64,000 bases of DNA from Lama glama (taxonomy: Eukaryota): positions 80,788,001-80,852,000 of the forward strand of contig CM052817.1 of assembly GCA_028534125.1 (NCBI GenBank). The letters are read 5' to 3'. The notes under the pieces were generated by a model. It did not search any database. It saw only the letters and a program-made list of their open reading frames with translations, and was not told the origin of the DNA. Shown here in pieces: positions 36,315 to 49,124 of this stretch (positions are counted from its first letter, which is position 1; the number at the start of each line of letters is the position of its first letter). The position numbers were made by a program, and so were the translations under genes.

Positions 36315-36876
36315 TGTTTCTATCAGACATAGTAAGACACACAGACATGGAAATGATTGTCCTGAAGGAGTAAGTTCATATTCACAGATCCTTTGAAACA
36401 AGAGGCATGCCATCATACATGGGGCCACTTGGGGAAGAACCTGGGTTGGTCAGGAGGCAGAGGAACAAGGGGAAGCATGGACAAAAGCTTCAAGTAAGGT
36501 TTTCATGGATGCAATGGGCAAGGCAGGGTAAGCAGGCCAAACAGGTTTAGGATTGGCTGGTGTGACTATTTCCACAGAGTGTGTGACTATTTCTGGGGTG
36601 TAGGGATCACCCCTAGTTGCCTGATACCGGGCCCTGAGGTGATTCTAGGGCAGAGGGATAGTGGCTCAACCTATGAGAGTTTGATAAAGGAGGTAGTAGG
36701 AGAGTATGGACTCTGGATTGGTCAGTTTGCACATGAAAACCACACCTTAGGGAAGTCATTTGTTATCTCTAGGAATTAGCTAATCCTGGGAGGGGCAGCC
36801 TCTCCAGTATCTGCAAGGACCCAAATTTCACAGCATCATTAATTATAGGAAATTAAATAGAAGCATGATTAATACA
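36315..36876 (-). mobile_element. ERVL solo LTR (MER74/MER54 group)
   Basis: Reverse complement begins TGTATTAATCATGC...GGAGAGGCTGCCCCTCCCAGGATTAGCTAATTCCTAGAGATAACAAA as recalled for this group; TG...CA ends. Confidence 0.8.
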
Positions 36877-37289
36877 AGTCTCTATACTATTTTTTTTCCT
36901 CTCAACAAAATCTTACTCTTACAGCTGGAAGTCATATCTTTCACATTTTTTATACCTATAATGAGCTTCAAAAGATTGTTTTTGGAGTTAGAAACTGAAC
37001 AGATAATTGATTTTGTCTAGCCTGAGTTTAGCCCTTCACATGAGGCATGTCTCAACCTGACTGGGTGGAGAATTTTAAGAATGATTATAAATAAAAAATT
37101 CAATGGATAATTAAAAATGAAGTAACTTTAAGCCATGATTCCAATAACAACTAATGAAAAATTATTCATTGCATGTTTATGGCTTTATTTATTGCTACTA
37201 AAGTGCAAGCTACATGCACAAAGGCAGAACCCATGCAAAAAATTCACCTGCAAATTGAATATGATGCTGACTGCAAGTTTATTTCATCA

Positions 37290-37423
37290 GGTCTTTGGGG
37301 GGGGCGGTAATTGTGTTTGTTTGTTTGTTTGTTTATTTATTTATTAACAGAGATACTAGGGATTGAACCCAGGACTTTGTGCATGCTAGGCAAGCACTTT
37401 ACCACTGAGCTATACCCTCCCCC
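37290..37423 (-). mobile_element. tRNA-derived SINE (camelid Vic-type)
   Basis: Minus strand GGGGAGGGTATAGCTCAGTGGTAAAGTG (A box)...GGGTTCAATCCC (B box), then an A-rich (AAAT/AAAC)n segment. Confidence 0.9.
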
Positions 37424-37574
37424 AGTACAAGTTTAATATGGTACAGATAATTTTGTGTTTGGTATGCTTATAATTCTACATGACTCTAGAGCACATATCA
37501 TTGGAAAATCCTAAAGGTTAAGGTTATTCAACAGAAAAAATTGAGAGTCATGATCAGATTCAATTTTTAGGACT

Positions 37575-37810
37575 GTCTTGAGGAGTAGAAGCTGGAATCA
37601 TCTGAAGGCTTGTTCATTCAAATATTTGGTCTCTGGTTAGGGAGGACTGGAAAACCAAGACGGGCAACCAGAGTGCCTATTAATTGGTCTCTCCATGTGG
37701 CGTGGCTTCAGAACAGCGTGGTAGCCTCAGCGTGCTTGCTGGCTCAGAACTCCAAGTGCATGAGTTCTATCGAGGTAGAAACTATGGCATATCTAGTCTA
37801 ACTCTTTCAT
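37575..37810 (-). mobile_element. MaLR LTR fragment (MLT1-like)
   Basis: GCTGGAATCATCTGAAGGCTTGTTCA, TGGTCTCTCCATGTGG, TGGCTCAGAACTCCAA. Confidence 0.7.
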
Positions 37811-38644
37811 TCACAGATAAAAAAACAGATCTAGTGATCGTAAGCAAATCCACATCTGTTAAAGAAACAAGACGGTTTTCTTACTTTCGTAAGTGGATGG
37901 ATAAATATACCAAGTAATCCAACTAGGCAAAACTGCAGATGCCAGGGCTGGACAGAAGGACACAGGAACTGGTGGTCATGTTCAGGCAAGGTTCCAATTA
38001 GAAGGGCTGAGGAACCTGCTGAACAAGGTGGGTCGGAATAGTTCTGAGCAGAGTCGGCCACTGGGAGGGACCTGAAAAGAAGGAAGCCTTAGTGTGCAGG
38101 TTTGCTTCTGCTCTGTAATTCCTGTATGAGCCGTGTCACCTATGACAGCCTACTAAACTTAAAATACTTTAGATATTATGGAAAAATGAGTCATGTGAGG
38201 CAAGGAAGCACCACCCATCCAGAAAGGGAAAGTTTAGCTAAACAGACCAGAATCAGTACCCTCTAAGATGAGCAAGCCTAGTTTTATTTCAGCGAGATGT
38301 TAGCCCTAAGATTTTCTGGAGTGAAAAGTATGGTCTCCAGTAGTGCACAGAGGATAAATCTGAAAAGTACTTAAATCAGAAAAACGCACAGTTATCACTC
38401 CGTGATACGTGCCCACAGGCAGCAGCCCCTAACTTTGGAGCTGAGTTTTTGGGTTAGATGCCATCTCTTGTGAGGAGCAAGCTCAAGTTAGATGATGCTG
38501 CAGAGATGAAAACAGAAGTCTCAACCAAAGAACAAGTACGATAACTGACTTTTTATGACCAAGGTGAGTTTGGCTAAAAAATAAATGACACTATAAAGGT
38601 AATTTAAATCATAAGAGATTTGTATGTCATGCTAAACAGTAAAA

Positions 38645-39170
38645 TTTGTCTGTCTCATAAACCACCTCTTATTTAGCGATGTAAGACGACAACCATTTTA
38701 TGATGCTCATGAATTGTGTGGGTCAGGAATGTGGAAGGCTTGACTGCTCCATACCGCCTGGGGCCTCAGCTGGGAAGACTCAAAGGCAAGGCTGCTTTGA
38801 AATGATGAAATCTGGAAAGTGATGATGGAGAAAGGGGGGGAAAGTTTTATCTCTTTAGCCAAGAACATGTTATAGAAGAAAAAGAAAAATGTGAGAACCC
38901 GGGAGATGATCTTCACCTCATTTTCATCACTTTCCTTCTGTGGCCGGGTTGTAATATGAATGTATGTAGAAACGGGATGACCTTTTCTGACCTAGCCTTG
39001 CAAGTAATGCAGCTTATCGTGGGTCTCATTCTGTTGGTTCCAAGTGAGTGTGAAGCCCACCCTTATTTAATGAAGCAGTTCATAGACCCCACTTTTTGAT
39101 CAGAGTAAAGGTCACGTTATAAATGAGAATGGAAGACAGGATCAATTTTTGGAAAATCCGATCTGCCACA
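38645..39170 (-). mobile_element. MaLR LTR (MLT1H-like)
   Basis: TGTGGGTCAGGAAT, CTGGGGCCTCAGCTGGGAAGACTCAAAG, CTTTTCTGACCTAGCCTTG, end TTTGGAAAATCCGATCTGCCACA. Confidence 0.8.
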
Positions 39171-39370
39171 CTATATAATTCCTAGCTTTCGATGAGATTC
39201 AGCTACTCTGGTTCCATAATTTAATATGATTCAGGAATAGCTGAAATGGAATCTTAGCATTTACCTTCCTCACCTACTTTCAACTTTCTTCTCTGTGGCC
39301 CTTCATTTCCATTTTCTGTGGCTGTAAGACTAACAACCAAGTGGAATGCCAACCTTCATACTTAGAGAGC

Positions 39371-39394
39371 TGTGTGTGTGTGTGTGTGTGTGTG
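39371..39394. repeat. (TG)12 microsatellite
   Basis: Read directly. Confidence 0.97.
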
Positions 39395-39793
39395 TATTCT
39401 GCTTTCCAGAGCTGCAGAAGGAAATGTATTGTTATAACTTTGAAGACTTTCTGCTGGATGCCCAGATGCTTGGGAAATTGAAGCTGAATATAAAAAGGAT
39501 ATTGCTCATCAAATCAACATGCTGAATTTACTTTGACAGAGAGTTTGATACTTAAGAAATATTTTCTCCCTTTAATTGCAAGTAATAATTCTGGCTTAGA
39601 TTTCAGTGAAAACAGGAATCATAATAAACCACTTAAAGAAATCATGTACTTTTATGCTTCAGAATATGAAAAATGATTTCAGGATATGTAAAGTGATTTA
39701 TTCAACCAATGTTTGTTGCATACCATCTTACCTTCAGATGGTACACTGGGTATTGGGTCCACAATGGTAAATCACACCTTAAATGATGCCTTT

Positions 39794-40014
39794 ATTTTTG
39801 GATATATATATATATATATAAATATTTATTGATGTGTAGTCAGTTTACAATGTTGTGTCAATTTCTGGTGTTCAGCACAATGCTTCAGTCATACATGAAC
39901 ATACATATATTTGTTTTTATATTCTTTTTATCATAAGTTACTACAAGATATTGAATATATTTCCCTGTGCTATACAGTATAAATTTGTTGCTTATCTATT
40001 TTATATATATTATA
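39794..40014 (-). mobile_element. 5'-truncated camelid-type L1 (about 221 bp) with 13-bp TSD
   Basis: AAATGATGCCTTT at 39781-39793 and 40015-40027; CAGTTTACAATGTTGTGTCAATTTCTGGTG and TTCCCTGTGCTATACAG L1 3'UTR motifs. Confidence 0.92.
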
Positions 40015-40344
40015 AAATGATGCCTTTTTAATGGAGCTTCTACTCTACTTGGATAGAAGATCTGGGAACGGGTACTGAGTGCCATGATATAAGTAAACAT
40101 GTAAGTGACAAACAGTTACAAGTTGTGATAAGTAATGGGAAAAAGAAAAGGATTAGGAGCCCCACAAGAGAGAATTAAAAGAAAACTTCATTTAGATTAG
40201 ATGAATCAGGGAAGAAACTGACATTTATTGATTTCTAATGATGATAAATCATAACTAGTGTGGCAAATTGGGAGGAAAAGTTTTTTTGGTGGGGGGAAGA
40301 ACTTTTTCAGAGGCTCTGAGTCAGACAATACTTTGCTAGATTTT

Positions 40345-40400
40345 ATTTTCTTTCTTTTCTTTTCTTTTCTTTTCTTTTCTTTTCTTTTCTTTTCTTCATT
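40345..40400. repeat. (TTTTC)n pentanucleotide repeat
   Basis: Read directly. Confidence 0.95.
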
Positions 40401-40759
40401 TTATTTTATTTCAGGAACTGTAAAAGGAAAAAACATTGATGAGTTTTAAGCAGAGGAGTGACATCCTCACATTTGCATTTTAAAAAATCTCTGGCTGCTG
40501 CCATACAGAAATGGATCAGAGCAGAACAAGAATGGAATTGGTTCTTACTAATATGCTACTGAGAATGAAAAAAAGAAAAACAAAAAAACAGGAAAACAAT
40601 TTACCAGGAAGAAGAGAAAAAGGATCACAAATTTCCTAATTGCTTAGAAATCACTCAACCCATCATCTCGTCTGAGAAGTATAAATGATAGTATGGGTTG
40701 ATACACAATATCACAGCCAGAAAATCCCCCATGCTACCTCTTCTTGCATACTTCCTGAG

Positions 40760-41095
40760 TTCTTACCTCCTGCCTTTGCACATACTGTTAATTATAACTC
40801 TGAGGAAAGCCCTCCTCCCTTTAATTGTTGAAATCTTAGCCATCCTTCAAGCTCGAAATTAAATGCTTCCTCCTTCAGGAAGAGCTGATGCCCCTAGCCA
40901 GATATTTCCTCTTTCCTGACTCCAGCTCTCTTGGGTTTACTTTTAAATGCTTCTCATGTCATTTTTGTACTGTGTGCAGGCCTAACTTTACTTGTGTAGT
41001 GCACTATTCTGGGTTCAACTCACTGTTAGAGACCCCAGTGCCTACACAGCCTGAAGGAGAGGTGGTATTCAATAAACATTGGATAAATGAATTAA
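40760..41095 (+). mobile_element. L2 3' fragment
   Basis: GCCTTTGCACATACTGTT, CATCCTTCAAGCTC...CTTCCTCCTTCAGGAAG, TCAATAAACATTGGATAAATGAAT. Confidence 0.8.
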
Positions 41096-43774
41096 CATAC
41101 AACTGAAATTTACATCCTGAAACAATCATAAAAGTACATGATTTTCTATTTTTTTAAAAACTGGATTAGTATGACTTTTTTTTAATAAGCCATCTCCTAC
41201 AATCAACTTCCGAGCATGTGTCTTCAACAGTGTCTCTATAAATATTTATTAAATTACACTTAAATTTAAATGACATTTTCAATTTAAGAGTGATTAACTA
41301 GGATTTACTCAATAATAGACATTTTTTATTCCTGCTATTCTAACAGAAAATTTGTATTGATAAAACTACATTACTTACTCACAAAAATAAAATCAATCTT
41401 AAACATTATTTTCTATTCTTAGATATCACTTAGCTAAGTAAATTGGTGAAATTGGTACCCTTTTATGAGTTAAAGTTATCATTCTATCACTCTCTTAATG
41501 CCTTTAATTCTGTTTTTATTTTTCAAATCTCCAGTTCAACTGAATCATTAGGGGGACTACTTGCAGTCTAGAGTAATGGAAGTATTGTATAATAATACTT
41601 GGTGTTTAGAATTAAATCAATACATGTTTAAGATACTAAAAAATTAAACATGGAAAATCAAGTAGTACTTGTACAATAGAAACAAATATTGTATTTAAAA
41701 CAGAATAACATGTTTAATTCAGGAAGATGTAAAATTCACCTGCTTATAAGCACTTTAGATGGGCCACGAGGAGCTACAACAAAGCGACACATCCATAAGA
41801 ATCTTATTCATGTCTGTTCAGGGTTTGTTTAGTATAATCCAAGCACACCAGAGCCTCTCATAGACACTGCCTTGAAGTCTACTGTTGTAATTATTATGAG
41901 TGTATCTTATAGTATACTTCCAGTACTATTTTCTTCCAAATTTAATACACTTATAAAGAAAGGAAATAGTGCTCATGTATGTTCAGTAATAAGTAAGCAA
42001 ACGAATGACAAGCTTATTCAGATCTCTTAAGAATTTCTTCCTTCTGCATAAATACTGTTTGTAATAGGTATCCAGATCATAATGTCTACTTAGAGCCATT
42101 TCCACAGTTCAACTTTGTGATTTTATAATGGCTTAAACATAGCAGTACTCAATATGATATAAAAAGAAGCAGCTATTCAGTGGAATAAGGGTTGTAAAAA
42201 ACCAATAAGTCACAGTGATTCAGATCTCTTCCTGGTTCCTTCATTCCCAATTATGTAATCTTGAGCCATTTTTTCTTCTGTAATAAAGTAAGAACACAAC
42301 ATTGGAAAACCTGTTTTCTTCTTTTGTCAGTAATCATGTTGATGGATCAGTTAGCCTTGTTTTGTTCTCGCCTCTTTCCATAGATTGCTTCCAAGTATAA
42401 GAAATGACAGAAGGAACATTCCACTGGATCACTAGCAATGCCTCAAGACTTATGTCAGTGAACTTATTTGGTGATTTACTTTAAAATTATGCTTATTATT
42501 CACTTTTATTTTTATCTAGACTAGTTTCAGATTAGTGTATTTGGAGGAAGGATTAAGTAGTTTACCTGCTTGCACCAGAAGTACATAAAGAGGACTCCTG
42601 GATAATATCAGGTAATAGATAATTAGCTTGGCACCTGACCAGAAGGAGGTCCAGGCGTGAGTATTTTATTACTTACTAACACAAGTGAGCATTCAGCTAT
42701 TGGGTCAACTCGAATACCTGAAAAACAGCTACTCTGGCACATTTACAACCTGGTGAACAAATTTATGCAATTTTACATCCCTCTGCTGATTTACCTGGAA
42801 AGCCCATTATGTAAGATAATGAATTTAACAGCTGAAAATCAGTAAAGGCTTTTGCATGCTGTCATTTTGTATTATAAGGAAAGATCTGGCATTTTCACAC
42901 TTAGGCATGTCCATCCTCACGTGATCTTTCTTTTGGATTGAACTCTTCCCTTGATTAGTTTTTCCTTGGATATTGTATATATTTAACCAGAGAATTTTAA
43001 ACCTGAGTCTAGTGTATGTATTAGCCAGGTATTTTTGAATTTTCAGGTTAAAACAGTAATACACATACATAAAGTATTTCTTCTTTCCTGTATGTGAACT
43101 TTAAAAGATAGATGAAACTCTAATCAGCACATTCCTTCACATGGGGTAGGACTGAAGTCAGAGGTGAGGGTGCAGATGGAGTGATTCAGAAAAGCAGCAA
43201 GTAGAGGATCTTTTCTTCTTTCAATATCTTGTACTTTTTCTGGGATGATGAACTGGGTGACTCATTTAGACATTCTAAGATTCACCAGTAAATCTAAACT
43301 AGCTATACAAACACACTTATTGAGAAGGAGATAATTGAAACACACTGTAGAAAAGGAAATAAACTAAGAGAAATCAAGTAATAAAATTTCCAGAAGCACA
43401 TAACAGCATACATCCATAGCAACTGAAAACCCTCATGTACAAGATGACAATTAAGAGTAGGAACATGGAAAAAAATTGAAACAGGCACTTTAAAACCCCT
43501 TTGAAAAGACAGGAAAGAAAAGAAAAAGGTGAGGACAAAAGAAGTGAAACAAAAAAATTGAAATTTTAAGACAGGCTCAAGTTACTTTGTTAAAGAGTGG
43601 CTTTGTTTGTACCATCTGTTAGCGGGACTGTTAACTCTGTGATTTTTTAGCTACCTTGTTGATATACAAAAAATAAAATGAGATTTAAAATCACTTCGAT
43701 ATCTTTTATATTAAAATAATCCCTGAATGTCATTCTTAATTTCTGTAATTTTTAAACCATTATAAAATAAGCAT

Positions 43775-44017
43775 TCAGAGTGAGGGGTCAAGGAGACAAA
43801 CTGCTGGATTTGAATCTTGGCTTTAATATTTACCACATTTCAAAATACTTAAGCCTGTATGTCCTAGTTTTCTCATCTGAAAAATGAGGGAAAAAATGGG
43901 GTATAATAATATCATATATCTCTTAGAATTACTATGAGCTTTAAATGAGTTAATACATATTAAGCTCTTGGAAAGTAGTGCTTACAACACAGTAAGTTTT
44001 ATCTTAGATGTATTATT
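43775..44017 (+). mobile_element. MIR SINE
   Basis: GGATTTGAATCTTGGCT, AGTTTTCTCATCTGAAAATGAGG, TAAATGAGTTAATACAT, ACACAGTAAG. Confidence 0.85.
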
Positions 44018-44839
44018 TTGGGATGAAATCTTGTAAGACAGTGTATATTATTGTTCCCATCTTCAGACTCAAATGAATCATTTCAGTTATTTATAAGAAA
44101 TCTCAAAGAAATTGCAAGCTGTAAGGTATTTCCTTGATTTTTGTCATGTTTCTATTTTGAACTGAGGGGAAGATCACTTAAAAAAATTATTTAAACTATG
44201 GAGATGATAAGACAACCAATTTGAGGAGTTTTGTTCATAAGTAGAAATGAAGGATATGATTTGGTATGGTTAGCATAAAATTTTTTATCTGTTAGTTCTT
44301 TGAGCTCAATTTTCTTTGCTTTAAATTTCTTTGCCCAAGAGTGGGAAATGCTGGGGATGAGTTTGATTAGAAACTGAAATAAATCTGCTTAAAATCTAAA
44401 ATTCATGCTGGTTATCGCATTCCTTCTAAGTCTAACGTGCCTTGAGGAGTGATACTGGGTGATTAGGACTGCTGGTTTATGAAAGCAGCTGGTGTGGGTT
44501 TAACAGTTTAAAACTGCACTGAGAGCAGAAACCAACATCACATATGTTTTAGCTTAATCACATATGAATTAGCTTAATCTCTTGATATGAGTTGAATTTA
44601 TTTGGAAAGAGTTAATCAGAAGTTAAATCCATCCATGTATGCAACAGTGATTGGCCATAGCAGTAACTGACAAAGAAAAGTACACTACTGAGAATGACTG
44701 TTATATGAAGTTTTTGTTTCTGTAATTCTTCATGTGACTAGCAACAAAAATGTTCTGTTTTTTTCCCACAGCAATAGTAAAAAAAGGCACAATTGTTAAT
44801 ATTACTATCTTTGCTACCATTATTCCACCCAACCAACAA

Positions 44840-45085
44840 CTACAACAATAATAGTCTTGGTTGCCTAAGTGACAAGCCCATGCTAAGTGCATTGAAAATA
44901 CAATTTCACACAATCTTTACAAGAACTTTCTGAGGTAGTCACTAATAAGCCCATTTTGGGTGTGATAAAATTAAAAATCAGAGCTGTTAAGTTATTAAAC
45001 AAAGTCATCCAAATAGTAAGTAACAGAGTTGGGAGTTAAGTCCCATCTTGTATGACTGCCAAGCACATGTACTTTCTATTGTACC
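44840..45085 (-). mobile_element. MIR SINE
   Basis: ATGCTAAGTGC, CCCATTTT, AAGTCATCCAAATAGTAAGTAACAGAGTTGGGA, TGACTGCCAAGCACATGTACTT. Confidence 0.8.
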
Positions 45086-45132
45086 AAAGAGTCCCCAAGT
45101 TTTGCATTTCACAGGTCTTCAAAATATCATTA

Positions 45133-46750
45133 TGGAGATTGATCAAGGTGGCAGAGTAAAAAGGATGTGGAACCCATCTCCCTCCATAAACACATCAAAA
45201 CTACATCTACATGTGAAGAAATTCTCACAGAAAACTAACTGGAGACTGGCAAAAACCAAGGCTGTAAGAAAGATCCTCACAGAATCAGGTAGGAAAGGAA
45301 GAGAAGTGATCAGGTCTGGGCCCGTGTCCCTGGAGGAGACATCAGATGGAAAGGGAAGAAACATGGGTGGAGATTTGCCCTGGGGATTGAGCAATATGAG
45401 CCACATATTGGTTGCTCCAGTCCTGGGGTTGACACAGGAAAGACAAGCAGACAAGCCCCCTTGGCTGGTTGGAAGGCCACTGGGACTAACAGGAGGGCTG
45501 TGGGAAGCTTTGACTCCAGTTGTGAGGAGTGCTTTAGTGCTGGCTTGCTCCTGAGGCAGGGTAGAGAGGGTAGATTGCAAACTGCCCAATTTCCCGTGAC
45601 CACTCCAGTGCATGCCCCAGCCTGAGATGAGTGAATGCTCCAGTCTTGCTTGTTTTACATTGCAGCTCTGCACTGCACACTGAAGTCTGCAACAACCAGG
45701 AAGAGAGCTTGCCATGGGGTGCCAAGGCAACTCAGACCTGGGTTGGCTTTTGAGCACGGCAGGGGTGATCACCGCTGGCTCTTACACAGGCAGCACATCA
45801 GGGGCAGTCCCAATCTGTGCAGCTGATTGGATTAAAAAACAAGATCCATCTATACGCTGCTTATATAACACTCACTTCAGAGCTAAAGACACATATAGAC
45901 TGAAAGCAAGGGGATGGAAAAAGATAGTTCACACAAACAGAAATGACAAGAAAGTGGGGGAAAATATATCAGGCAAAATAGACTTTAAAACAAAGTCTAT
46001 AACAAAAGGCAAAGGGCATTATATAATAATAAAAGGATCAATACAAGAAGAGGATATGTTAACATATATGCACCCAGTGCAAGCACACCTAAATATATAA
46101 AGCAAATAATAACAGAACGTAAAGGGAGAAATTGACAATAGCACAATAATAGTAGAAGGGCCTTTAACACCCCACTTACATCAATGGTCAGATCATCCAG
46201 TAAGGCTACAGTGGTCTTAAATGACACAATAAGACCAGCTGGACTTAATAGATGGCTACAGGACATTCCATTTCAAAATAGCAGAATACACATTCTTTTC
46301 AAGTGCATATGGAACATACTCCAGGAGAGATCCCATGCAAGGTCACAAAGCAACTCTCAACAAATTTAAGAGGATAGAAATTATATCAAGCATTTTTTCC
46401 AACCACAATGGTATGAAACTAGAAATTAATTACAGAAAGAAAAATGGGAAAAGCACAAACATATGGAAACTAAACAATATGATACTAAAAAACCAATGGA
46501 TCAGTGAAGAAATCAAAGAGGAAATCAGAAAATGTCTTGAGACAAATGAAAATGAAAACACACCTTTCCAAAATCTACAGAATTTAGCAAAAATAGTTCT
46601 AAGAGGTAAGTCTATAGCAATACAGGCCTTTTTCAAGAAACAGAAAAATCCTCAAATAAACAACCTGACTTACCATCTAAAGGAATTAGGAAAAGAAGAC
46701 CTAACAAAACTCAAATTCAGAGGAAGTAAGGAAATAATAAAGATCAAGGA
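45133..46750 (+). mobile_element. Rearranged L1: 5'UTR (about 45133-45818) joined to ORF2 endonuclease region (about 45820-46750); ORF1 and 3' part absent; non-functional
   Basis: L1-like start GATCAAGGTGGCAGAGTAA...ACACATCAAAACTACATCTACATG; ORF track DWIKKQDPSIRCL..RLKARGWKKI..KIDFKTK..GHYIIIKGSI and GHKATLNKFKRIEIISSIFSNHNGMKLEIN match L1 ORF2p; frameshifts and stops. Confidence 0.9.
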
Positions 46751-46914
46751 AAGAGACTGGGTCATGTCATCCCGTCTCTCCCCGTGGAAAGAGGATGCCA
46801 TACTGACATCAGGGTATTACAGTTCATGTTGCAGTTACGTATCCTTTAAAACTAATTTTAAAGTTACCTGATGATGATATGAATTTCCAAGTAGGTGTGC
46901 CTAATATCAAAAGT

Positions 46915-47035
46915 CATAATAGTAACCAAGTCATGGGCTGTCGTGAGGACTGTGTGAGCTAATCTATATGATGTGCTAAGCGGTGTGTGCCATAGTAAGC
47001 ACTCAACAAACAGTAACTGTCATTATCATCATTGT
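46915..47035 (+). mobile_element. MIR 3' fragment
   Basis: CATGGGCTGTCGTGAGGAC...CATAGTAAGCACTCAACAAA. Confidence 0.75.
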
Positions 47036-49124
47036 TGTTGTTTTGGGGAGACTGGTTGGTTCCTTTACTTTGAGTATGTTGGTATCTTTGACAGCTTTAA
47101 AAAAATACAATATATGCATTGGTATTCTGGCTTTTAAAAAAGCCTTAAAATAGCATTTAATTTTTGTAATAGTGTATAGGCTTATGTTCTACATAACTCA
47201 TTAAGATCTACCAAGACCTGGGTGTCATCATCGCAGACATTTCAGCAACACTGGGGGAAGATATAACAAACTCATATGAATAATAAATGCTATATGAAAA
47301 GGACATAATTAAATCCTCTACTGTGGCCTAAGGATTGTGTGGTGTTCAGAAGAGATAAATCTCAACTGAGGTTGAAAAATTCATGAAGATCTTAGTCATG
47401 GTAGTGTTAGAACACAAGTTTTTCTTTAAAGAAAAGGGTTTGTCTAGTGGAGGAGGAAAAATATAGGCATAAATACCTACACAGAAATAAGTGTGGTATA
47501 TACTTGTGAAATATCTGTAACACTAACTGGTAAATCATCATTGATTCTTATGCTTTTTTAATTCTTTGCTTATAACAGGCACTAGGCAAAACTTTTTCCC
47601 ATGAATGAGAACGTAATTTCCAAACAAATCCCAGATCATTGTTTCTGTCGGAGTCAATATTACTTTCTAAGTAAATGCTGAAACTAATGGCTTTATAATG
47701 ATATTTTTACAGACTTTACTTATTTAAATAATCTCATGGCTATTAAATTACTACATTGGCTCTGGCAGATGAAAGTATCTGTGTTTTGCTTTACTAATTT
47801 GTTTATTTCAAAGGTTGCCTCTTCAAAAAAGAACAATGACCTTAGGGTGGGCGATCATGTCATCCTATTCTAAATAGGTCTATGTTTCTCAGGTATAAAC
47901 TGCAAGGGCAGGGTTATGGATTTAAATGCAGAAAAAGTCATAATTCATTCTGAAATATCTAGGCTAGCATCCATTTGGGAAAAATATACAGGAAAAAACA
48001 CATGGAAACATTTACAAAAGAGAGGAGTGCTTATACACAGGGTAGTGTACATAGGTACAGACAGATTTGCACCTACCTTTCTTTCTCCCCCTCCAACCTC
48101 TCCTTCTTCTCTTTGCTCCCTCCTCCCTCTTGTCTTTCTTCTTTGTGTCTAATCTAAGTTACTGTGATCTGAACATTTACTAGTTTTATTGTTGTAGATG
48201 TTAATCCCATAAAACAACCCCTAGTTAGATCTGAGAAGTCCTTAGGCTGTGGCATTATCTATACTCAAAAACAGACTTCCAACCAGCTATGCTCCTGCCA
48301 TCTTGCTTGACCATCCTTCTAGGTAGCTAACTAACTAGTCCCTCTTGTGAGTCTGGCATTTGACTGGAAAACCTATCTTCCATCACCAGAGTGACCACCA
48401 TCTCAGTTTTAGAGAAAGAAACACTGCTATCCCCTGGGGTAGTCCCCTTTTATGTAATTTCCCACACATTCAGACCAAATCTAATTTTTACCAGGGTCTA
48501 AGGAAGGTTAAGGGATAAAGAAAAGAAGCTATATTAGGACAGTAACTAATAGCTACTGCCCAGGTCCAGAGTCATGTCTGCTACCAAACTGTCTTCAAGT
48601 GAGAGAGGCAGATCAGCTCTCATGTTTGGGACTATTTCAAGAAAACAGGTGGCAAACTATTGGCTCCAGCATAGCCCAGGCCAATCTCAACCCAGTTTCT
48701 CTTCTATGGTTTCTAGACTCATATATTTAAAGTTTTACTTAATACACATGTTTGTATATCACTGGATTCCATACAGAATTTGAGTCCACTTTAAGCAATG
48801 GGCAATCTAAATCTAAATCTGGGCAATTTAAAGCAAAATAAAAATCAGGCTGGAGAAAACAATGATAGAAATAAGGAATGAATGAGAGCAATGGGAAAAA
48901 TAGTGCACAGATATACGTTATAACTTCCTAAGGTTGAGCCACAAATTTGGCCATGAGCTTTCTGTTGGGCAAAGAAAAGTAGAAACATGATTGTAAGCAA
49001 TTGAGGTCTTAAAGAGTTTACTTACATTTACTTGTGTGGATATTCCTAAAGAGAACACTGCATAATAGAGGAGCACATATGGAATGCAGGAAAGTATGTC
49101 TTTATTAACATGCTTAAAATACAG

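Larger units (their letters stand above)
39695..40560 (-). mobile_element. L2 fragment interrupted by an L1 insertion and a (TTTTC)n tract
   Basis: ATTTATTCAACCAATGTTTGTTG tail; resumes ATGGAGCTTCTACTCTA; TTTTAAGCAGAGGAGTGACAT...TTTGCATTTTAAAAAATCTCTGGCTGC. Confidence 0.75.

Noticed and set aside
37345..37423. tRNA-like sequence with A and B boxes (also 53322-53395)
   Set aside because: Followed by SINE linker/tail and diverged; these are SINE heads, not tRNA genes
417..43265. Scattered AP-1 heptamers (TGACTCA/TGAGTCA near 418, 20107, 35232, 38187, 43258)
   Set aside because: Not clustered; a handful is expected in 64 kb
45048..46871. ORFs of 128-209 aa
   Set aside because: They lie in L1 5'UTR/ORF2 remnants with frameshifts and decayed catalytic motifs; not host genes
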